DNA of 64,000 nucleotides from Amphiscolops sp. MND2022 (lineage: Eukaryota): positions 4,588,001-4,652,000 of the forward strand of contig OZ076421.1 of the NCBI GenBank assembly GCA_964187785.1, in the 5' to 3' direction. The notes under the pieces were generated by a model. That model was not told the DNA's origin. It ran no database searches and saw nothing but the letters and a program-made list of their open reading frames with translations. The position numbers and the translations under genes are program-made. Below, one piece after another: positions 14,501 to 23,200 of this stretch (the stretch's first letter is position 1; each line of letters begins with the position of its first letter).

Positions 14501-15194
14501 TTCTTATATTTTGATGGTAATTCGATGTATGATGAAGCTTGAATATCGTTGACTTTAAATATTTCTAATATACCTTCTTCTATTTCTTGAAATTGAAAAC
14601 CTGATCCTTCTGATTGTTCATCTTCTAATTTCTGTATTAATGTGTTGTGAAGATTCTCAATAGTATAATTGTAAATGAGATCTGATCTTATCCATCTTTT
14701 AAATATTTCTTGTTCTCCATTAACTATTTTTGAAAACTAAATAACTCAATTGATATTTATATCGAGGCAAGAAATTAGTTCTTAGCAAAATTTTAATCTG
14801 TTCTTCGAGATTTTCAGTTGGATTTAGTATAGGTTTAATGTATGTTCTTTCATTCATAATTATATTTACTCCTTTACCGAAATCTGTAATACAGCTTCGC
14901 TGGCTTCGCATACGACTTTGTTGACGGTTTTGTTAATTTCTTAGATGAATTTCACTTTGGAAATGTCTTGTTTTATCGGATATATTTTTACCACAATCTT
15001 CACACCGTATTTTGATATTTTTGTTTTTATGCTCATCTGAATTTAGATGAGAATCTTTTTCTGATAAGGGCATACATAATCTACATTTTTTTACAATAAT
15101 ATTGATTTAATTTTTCAAGATGTTTTACTGATTTATAATGATCGGATTTGAAGGATTTTTTATAAATAAAATTACAAATACTGCAATACTCCAT
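11522..15194 (-). pseudogene. polB: Protein-primed family B DNA polymerase with N-terminal zinc fingers and an endonuclease VII-like domain
   Basis: KVRDHDH..GKYRGAAHSKCNL (EndoVII-like), FFHNFSGYDSH (exonuclease), LYIDANNLYEWAMSQYLP (motif A), KFMNNAFFGKPMENVRKR (motif B), LHYMDTDS (~12000, motif C), IALRSKSYAY, ALNPFDDERM. Multiple stops and frameshifts. Confidence 0.93.
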
Positions 15195-15647
15195 TTCTAT
15201 TTATCAAAGAAAAAATAGTTATATTTAAGTTTTTTCAATATTTTTTTTTCAAAAATGGTGAAAAATACAGCTTCGCTGGCTTCGCAGGCTTCGCATAATT
15301 CATTTAAGAAACAAATTTTGTTGAAATTTTTTTTCTAAGCTTTGCTTATTATAGTTATTTTCCATCGATTTCAAGATTTTATTACGCGAAGCGCCTTCGG
15401 TTTTGTTAAAATGGGGAAAAACTGATTTTTACATTAGTGGTAATTAGTGGGTTGATTTTAGAGAAAAAACGCAGTTAAAAAATGTGTGTAACTTTTGAAT
15501 ACCTACAACTTTTGTATCTGAGGACTTCCTCTGAAATTATTTCCCGTTGAGATATTGTTGAAAGTATCTTTTCCCATGTATTAACATTTATTGCTTAAAC
15601 ATGTGGAGATAGGTTATAGCAACATGTTTTAATTAAAAATTAACAAG

Positions 15648-15861
15648 CATCACCAGTAACTTTTTGATCACTAAGTAATGTTTGTGTTTTTACATCACCA
15701 GTACCCTTTCGATCACTGAGTAATGTTAATATTTAAGTTTCACCACCAGTACACTTTCGATCACTAAGTAATGTTGTTTTTTGTACATCACCAGTAACCT
15801 TTCGATCACTAAGTAATGACTTTTTTTAAATCACCAGTAACTTTTTGATCACTGAGCCATG
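15648..15861 (-). repeat. Array of five 33-nt hairpin-forming repeats with 10-15-nt T-rich spacers
   Basis: Units start at 15648, 15693, 15741, 15786, 15829; consensus CATCACCAGTAACCTTTCGATCACTAAGTAATG. Confidence 0.9.
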
Positions 15862-16409
15862 TTAATGTTTAGGCAACCAATCGACAAGTAAATAATTTTC
15901 AATGAAATTGTAAGCTATTACAAAGACTGCGGGACATTGGTTAGAAGTGAACCTCAAACACTTCGACCGAAGCCTTAACTGGGAGTCATTGATATAACCA
16001 CTAAGCCACGGGAGACGAATCAATGTTAGTTTTAGTTATATATAACTAGCTATCTTAGAAATAACACCTAAGGCGCTTTGCGTGGTAAAACATGCGAAGC
16101 CAGCTTGGCTGTATTTTCGAGTCCAACACTATTTCTGAGAAATTATATTTCTGAGAAATAGCGTTATTATTTTCGAGTCCTTGTGTTTTCTACTTGAACG
16201 CATTTGGTAGATATCATTTTTCATTTTGCATTACACATTACACCATAGAGGTTAGTGAATTATTCCTTCTTGACAAAAAATGTTTATCACAAAATTTTGT
16301 CATCGATTTTTTTGTTAATTTTTTAGTTGCGAAAAAGGCCAATTTTATTTATTTTGCCTTGAAAAAATGCCTCATTTGATAACTGGTTTTATCAGGAACG
16401 GGATTTCTT

Positions 16410-17520
16410 ATACTACTTTGTTCAATATTAGGAATTTCAAGAAGCGTTTCTTTTTAAAGGAGTGCTTGAATAGCAGAGGGGTAAAAACATGTTGAGGTGT
16501 AACGATTTTGGCGCGAACTATATTTCCTATTGAGTAACTTATTTTCATCCATGTTGCTTTCATCACTTTCTGTGTTCCGAGGTCTCCTGGACTTCTCAGT
16601 ATCATCTCAATAACTCCCTGCATTTGGGGCATGGTTCTCTCAGATATTGCCGATTTTATTGCATTCTTTCTTTGGGAAATCCTGTCATTCAACAAACTAT
16701 TTATTGCTTGAGAGATACTTAGATTTATTTCACCTGACAACATGTCTAAATCCCTTGTTAGGTTAGTTTCATTCCTGTTTTCAGGCAGTTTTCTAAACCC
16801 AATATCCTGAAAAGAATTACCTCTCATCGAGTGACTCTTTTCAATTTCTATCCTGTTTAAAATGTTTGATTTTACTCACCACTACTCAGCATGACATCCA
16901 AATTCCGTAGGTCTGACATTATGTCTGCGTCTCTTGATCGCTTTTGCTTTCTTGCTTCTTGTTGAAGGAGGCATTCTTGACATTCTTGAGGAAAATTTAG
17001 TAATTTGGCATATTTAATTTCCTGAATTATTAATTCCAAGTGTTCCACTATCACAATGACTGTAGTTTCGCAGGTTTCAGTTATTGTAGCTTCAGTCGCA
17101 AACTTCACAATTTTGTTTGTGTCCCCTCTCTCTGGCGCTCAAGTATATATATACTCTGAGTTACATGACTTTCATTTTTAGGTTAATCATAGACTAAAAC
17201 TAGCATAATTACATGACGTGTTATGAGGTATTTCAATTTATATTGGCATCAAAGTAAGGTAGGCCGGTCTAGCCAATGACGTTTATGCCGCCTACAAAGG
17301 ATGTATTTTGATGCCTTCTATAAATAGAACCGTGATGTTTTGAATCGCTCCAGCACAGCACCTGTAGCACTCTAACCTTCTTAATATGTCATCCATATTA
17401 GTTTCGTGTTCACTTGTGAAATTATATAAACTGCATGATTTGATTGTGATTGTGTCCACTAACGTCCTAAGGAAATTCTAAATGGCATTATTTACAAATT
17501 GATCCACTATATACATTGCA
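16410..17520 (-). mobile_element. LTR-like plus gag-start fragment (family X), near-duplicate of 51490-52650
   Basis: 17041-17480 is nearly identical to about 52156-52610; downstream MPPSTRSKKAK...DIMSDLRNLDVML is shared; both copies run into a KHVF-type gag segment of the giant family. Confidence 0.7.
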
Positions 17521-18866
17521 TGCTTTCGATAAATGCCCTTCTTCTTGCTTCTTCGACATAATGGACTCCCAGGGTACTCTGTCAGGTAAATGAAGTCAAT
17601 TACTATTTCATCGGCTATCGGCTCAAACGGCTTGCCACAAATCATGCAGTCTGTGACGCACCCTTGAGTGGGGCTATTAGTTGTTTGCAGCTGTTGTCCT
17701 GTGGGAAAGTGCGCGAAATTCCTCATCGCTAGTGGAGTTGGGGGAGTAACTGCTGGAACCATGGATGGTCCGTTTCCCTGCATGGTTTTTTTTGCACCGC
17801 CACTGCTACCTTTTCGAGTTGGTTGCATGACTTTGACAGGTCATTAGGAGAAGTGACCATAAATCCGCTTTCGTGAGCGAGAGGAGACAAAGGGGGGTCC
17901 ACGAAAGGTATCAAGTACAGAACGCAGCCAAATGATGATGAACCCATTGAGCGTCTCACCTCGCAGTTTGCTGCCTGTGTTCGCCCGCTCTAAGAGGTTG
18001 ATAACCAGAGTAAGGGCCCCGCAGTGTAAGGGCGTAAAGACAGAGGGACACTCATCGTGATTTCCTACTGCCATCTGTCTGCTTCTCACTGTCACTGGCG
18101 TGGATAGTTGGGCGTCAACGTTCATTGACATTAGTTGGGATTCCACATCCATCATGTTTGCTTCGATTTCCGATGAAATTATCGAAACCCCCTCACTGAA
18201 CATTTCCTCTTTATTACTTTACTTTCTGAGTACTATCTTCTTAGCAATTTTGATTTTGAAGGCACCTAGATTTTATCTTCTTCAGTTTGAAAATGAGTGT
18301 TTCCAAAGATGCTTCCTCGACGCTGAGTTTTCCGTTTCTCACATTCCCGGTTTGAGTTCTCGCGCATGCTCAGTCCAAGAGATTGTCGAAGCGGCAAGGT
18401 TGCTCCTTCAAGTTGCTTGCCAGTGGAATTTCAATTGCTTTTCCCACCCTAACTCAACAGATTCACAACAACACCTCGACCCCCTTCAACTACCTTTCAA
18501 GTTGTTTACTACCCCCCTTCACTCCATCTATTGAATCGCAAATGGATAATTAAAACTCGCTACTACATTACGGGGCCAAAAGGGAAAAACGTGAACTACA
18601 ACGATTTCGCTGTAGTAGTTTTTGAATTCTTGAACTAATGGTAATACATACAAATTTCAAGAATCGAGAAAAGCAACGCGAAAGCAAGTGGAATTTTTCT
18701 CGATTCTTGAATTAAATTTAATGCATAGCATGCAAGAATCGAAAATCGACAAATAATGCCATACTATCACCATATAAAGAGCAGTCCATTTTTGCTTTTT
18801 CTTTTATCATTTTGTATTCCATTTTGTTATTAGCGTTCCTCCGGACTTCATCTCACATCTTATTAG

Positions 18867-19179
18867 TGATATACCAGATATCTATATGTTGCTTAATCTT
18901 ATATCATTCCCCCAACCCCCTGTATGTCTAGACTTTATAACAAATACACTTCATTAATGTAACTGATTAATATTCTAGATGTAAACTTGATGTACCTACT
19001 TTATATTCTGTACGATGCATTTTGATTTAGAACACAACTTGAATTCACTCTACACCATCCAGTTGTCTTCGCTTAAGGCCTAATATCTGCAGCTCTATTA
19101 GTGTCTCCTAAAGTACTAACATCAAATGAACATTCCATCTCTATCCCAAAAATCTCTAGTAAAACACAAGTACTTTAAC
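18867..19179 (+). repeat. 5' LTR of copy A
   Basis: Begins TGATATACC and ends AAGTACTTTAAC like the LTRs of B and C; internal motifs TGTCTAGACT and CTGCAGCTCTATTAG are shared. Confidence 0.85.
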
Positions 19180-19190
19180 TGGTGCGACCA
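19180..19190 (+). promoter_or_regulatory. Primer-binding site
   Basis: TGGTGCGACCA directly after the LTR, identical in A, B and C; complementary to a tRNA 3' end GGUCGCACCA (tRNA identity not established; Gly is a guess). Confidence 0.85.
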
Positions 19191-19257
19191 TCTCGTTTCT
19201 TTCCTTTTCTACAATCAATTTTGTAATACAAATTTTCGTCTCTTTCACAAAATCTTC

Positions 19258-19461
19258 TGTACTAATCACCCAAAGTGATTCGACCTCGTAGTCGGTACAA
19301 ACGCAATTCTTCTTCTGTACTAATCACACATTGTGGTTCGACCTAGTAGTCGGTACATCAAAACTTTCTGTACTAATCACCTTTTGTGATTCAGCTCCTT
19401 GCTGGTACACTATCTTCTCTTGTACTAATCACCTTTTGTGATTCAGCTCCGTGCTGGTACA
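19258..19461 (+). repeat. Leader array of four Y-shaped hairpin units (copy A)
   Basis: Units 19258-19299, 19316-19357, 19369-19409, 19421-19461: TGTAC-T-AATCAC-loop-GTGATT-CGAC/CAGC-loop-GTCG/GCTG-GTACA. Confidence 0.93.
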
Positions 19462-19598
19462 CCCGTTTCTTCTCTTATAATCATTTTTCATACTTTAACT
19501 CCCTAATATAATTTCCTTTTCATTTTTGTCTATCTCATTTTTCTAAACCACATTTCTTCACCATAACTTCCTTTTTTCACAATTCTCCATATTTTTTC

Positions 19599-19868
19599 AT
19601 GCCTTCTTTGAATGACTCCGTTTGTATTTGTTTAATTCTCTTCTACATTTTTGGTCTTTGCGCAATTGTTCTGCTCCTTGTTGACAAATTCATCCTTCCT
19701 TTTATTCCACACGCTTTTGATCAATACCGAACATCATCACTCTAATAATTATTTATGTTCCTCACCGAAAATCTTGCCACTATTATTCTTTTCGTTTCCT
19801 ATATCTTTGCCATGATGATTTCTTTAATGCTTCTCATTGAAAAGATTGTTGAATCTCTTTTCAACTAA
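19599..19868 (+). pseudogene. Upstream hydrophobic micro-ORF a (89 codons) with two internal stops in this copy
   Basis: MPSLNDSVCICLILFYIFGLCAIVLLLVDKF...FLTENLATIILFVSYIFAM...; same length as the intact copy in B, with many synonymous differences. Confidence 0.72.
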
Positions 19869-19984
19869 CTTCCTTTTCTTTTCCACTTTCCCCTTTTTCT
19901 TTCCCTATCCCCTCCTTGATTTTTCCGCTTATTTTATTAACACCTTTCCTACCTTTAACCCCATTCTCCTTTTCCTCAATTTGT

Positions 19985-20221
19985 ATGAACCTCCTCTTCC
20001 TTCACCCCACTCCCATCCTTGCTCTTTTCCAACTTCTTTTTCTCTCCCTTTTCCTCATAACTACATCCATATATTTCTATCCCTCTCTCTTCTCCTTTTA
20101 CACTTATCTTCGCCTCAAAATCCATCGCTATTTTCACCCTCCTCCTACTGAACCATCTATTCACCCTGACGTTATTATGGATTGGATTTGGCTACATTTC
20201 AATCCTCATAAACACTCCTAA
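19985..20221 (+). CDS. Upstream micro-ORF b (78 aa), stop overlaps the gag start (TAATG)
   Basis: MNLLFLHP...hydrophobic...PPTEPSIHPDVIMDWIWLHFNPHKHS; C-terminus conserved in B and C. Confidence 0.65.
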   Translation: MNLLFLHPTPILALFQLLFLSLFLITTSIYFYPSLFSFYTYLRLKIHRYFHPPPTEPSIHPDVIMDWIWLHFNPHKHS

Positions 20222-23200
20222 TGTCTGATTCCCATCTCGTTAATCCCCTTCCTTTCGCCTCAAACTCCTCTCAACGTATTACCCATGATATTTCACACAC
20301 TCTTCTTCAATTTCTCAACAATCTTATCTATAATTCAACCACTCCTATTTCTTTTGAAACCTACCCGGAAGATATTTACACTACCCCTCTAATTCGTGAA
20401 CATCATGATTCTTATTTATACTATATTTAAACCCATTCGCTTCTTCCAAATTCTGACGAACCTCCATTTTCTATTCCTTTCACTTCTCCCACAACTCACA
20501 CTGATACTTTTCAAAACAATATCCTTCCCAATAATATTCAAATTCCAATCGCCCATGTGTTTACAACTTTTCTAAACAATCTCCAAGAAAAAAATAACCT
20601 TCTACCTAAACATGTTTTTAACCCTTCCTCCATTCAAGAACTTCTTCAAAAGGAATCTCTTTTTGACCTTCCTAATATTGAACAATTTCGCACAGTTGAA
20701 AATAATCCTCACCATTGGCTTATCACAGATATACTTCAAATTCATCACTTTCAATATCAATTTTTCCAAAATATTACCCTCAATAAAAATACCAAAGAAC
20801 AAATTCAAATATACTCTTTTTCTTCGCAAATTCTTCCGACATAATTACCAACTAGTTTGGCATTCAAAATTTCAAAATGCTTGCAAAAATTGTCCTCAAC
20901 AATTTACTAACGATGAACTTCTACCTTTTCTCGATACTCTTGATAACCAACATCTTTTATAATCTTCTTGATTTTCCTTCTTCTAATTTTGTTTATCTTA
21001 CCTATGACTCTAATAGTATTAACAAAAGCCTCACTCTTCCTCCTCCTGTTCGTCCTTATTTCCATCAATACAATACCCCTCCTTCGATTGAGACAATTTC
21101 TACAGTTTCTATTCAAACTCTCCCTTCCTCGTCGAATCCTGTGACAAATCCTACTTCATCTTTAACTCAACATATTTCTCCTCCTACTTCTCAAAACACA
21201 ACTCTAAACCACAACAACCCTCCTTCGACTTCTCAAATCACAACCTTTAATAACAATCCCCCTCTTTCTCATTCACCAAATCAAAATACTACCCCTTCTA
21301 ACACTCCACCTGCTGTTATTAGTAATATTATTCAACATTCAACTTTCCAAATTCCTACATTAAACCCAATTCCACTTTCTTTAAATACTACTATTCCCAC
21401 TCAATTTCTTTCTCAAAACCCTCCATCTTCTTCTACCCAAAACCATTCTAATTTTCAAACAATTTCTTCCACTACTCAATCTACCACATATAACCCTTAT
21501 ATTTCTCTTTACCCTACTTTTCAAAACTTCCCTACTACTTCTTTTCAACCCCCTCCAAAATCCTCATAATTCGCTTCCTCCCACTTCCACATTATCTTTC
21601 AACCCTTCTTCCTTTTATCCTTCATTTCCTTTTCCAACCACTCCTTCTGTCCCTTTTGCTGCCCTCTCCGACCCTATAAAACTTTTTGATGGCTTAGATC
21701 ATACTTATCCTCCGGAAAAATTCTTAGCCCTCCTCAGTGCACGTGTAACATTTCAACTTGGACCTCAACCTGTAGATATTTAGTCATATTTAACTTGGCA
21801 TTCTCGTCGAATGTCTCTCCTTTATTGTTCCCTCACAGGAACTGCTTCCAATTGGTATGACCGTCTCCCACAAGTTTATAAAGATGATTGGTCATCCTTT
21901 CTTCAAATTTTTAAGAAACAATTTTATTCCCAAAAACACGCATATCATGCTCAAATTGAAGCCCTTTCCCATCTTAAAAAGGATAATGAAAATGTCCGTC
22001 ACTTCGCTCTTAAAGTCGAAACCCTTGTAAAACAAGGTTGGTACAATGAATACCCCTCAACGATTAATCTTAAATGTAATGAAATTTTTACCCGTGGTCT
22101 CCCCAAAAAATTAAAAGATTTCGCTAACAAACGTCAAGTTAAACATATTTCAAGTTCATTAGAACCATCAATCCCATTTCATTCTCTCGTTAATATGGTT
22201 GATTCCGAAGATATTACGCTTGAAAAAATAAAAACTCAAGAACTTTCCCTTGAAATTAACAATTTGTCTAATACCTTCCAACAGAATACAACAATTCTAG
22301 ATTCTCCTCCAGAACCTCCACAAGTTCAAGTAATGGATCCTAAAAATAAATCAAAACCCCAATTCAAAAAATATTGTTCATTCTGCCATAAAAATAACCA
22401 CTCTGTTTCAACTTGTTTCCGCCGTCTCAATATGCTTAAAGAATCAAAACCACAATCTAGATCCCCGACTCCCACATTTTATCAACATTTTAAAAATCCT
22501 TCCAATAAACCTCATTATTTTCGCCACCGTAGTCGAAGTTATAGTAACCCTCCTCGCAAATCTTCTCGCGACACTCGATATCAATCTCGTTCCTATTCAC
22601 GTTCACATTCACGTCCCCGTTACAATACTAAAACCTACTCCCGAACATATTCGCCTTATCACAATCGTGATAGATCTCGATATGATAAACATTATAATCA
22701 TACTCCATATAAACCATATTCTTCTACACGCTCATAATATAGTTCTAATTCCTCCCGTAGTCCATCTAAATATTACCCTCGTTCTCGTGAACGTTCCTCA
22801 AATTTTAACACCCCTACTTTTAACAGATACAATTCTCCTTATCGTCCTCCTTCTAAACCACGTAATGATCGCTATCGTAGTAGATCTCATTCACACTCAC
22901 ACAACCATTCTCAAACCCAATATAAACCATCTATAAATCTTACACATCCATCTACACCGCCTCCTCAAACAAACTCTCAAACAGAATCTATTTTTGAAAT
23001 CAATATGTATCACCCTAATATTTCCTCACCTCAATCTTCTTCCACTTCCACTGAACATGCTAACGCTATTACACCTTCCACTTGGTTCGTTAATTTATAT
23101 ATTTTCAAACCTAGTGAAGATACCTCTATCCCCTCTAAATTAGAACTCTTATTCCTCCTCGATAGTGGTGCATCCATTTGTGTTTTAAATTTACCCACTT

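Larger units (their letters stand above)
9170..16150. mobile_element. Polinton/Maverick (adintovirus-like) remnant; boundaries approximate
   Basis: Very AT-rich block with convergent capsid-like and protein-primed PolB pseudogenes. Integrase, ATPase, protease and TIRs not found in the window. Confidence 0.85.

Noticed and set aside
15648-15861. CRISPR interpretation of this repeat-spacer array and of the Gypsy leader arrays
   Set aside because: Spacers are only 10-17 nt and low complexity, there are no cas genes, the context is eukaryotic mobile DNA, and the repeats vary by compensatory changes.
16130-16160. Two TTTCTGAGAAA palindromes resembling tandem STAT sites
   Set aside because: Short AT-rich motifs with no independent support; could be a local duplication near the Polinton end.
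19258-19461. Hammerhead ribozyme or tRNA identity for the three-way-junction units
   Set aside because: No CUGAUGA/GAAA catalytic core, the junction has one unpaired base, units are ~41 nt with no T-loop or A/B boxes.
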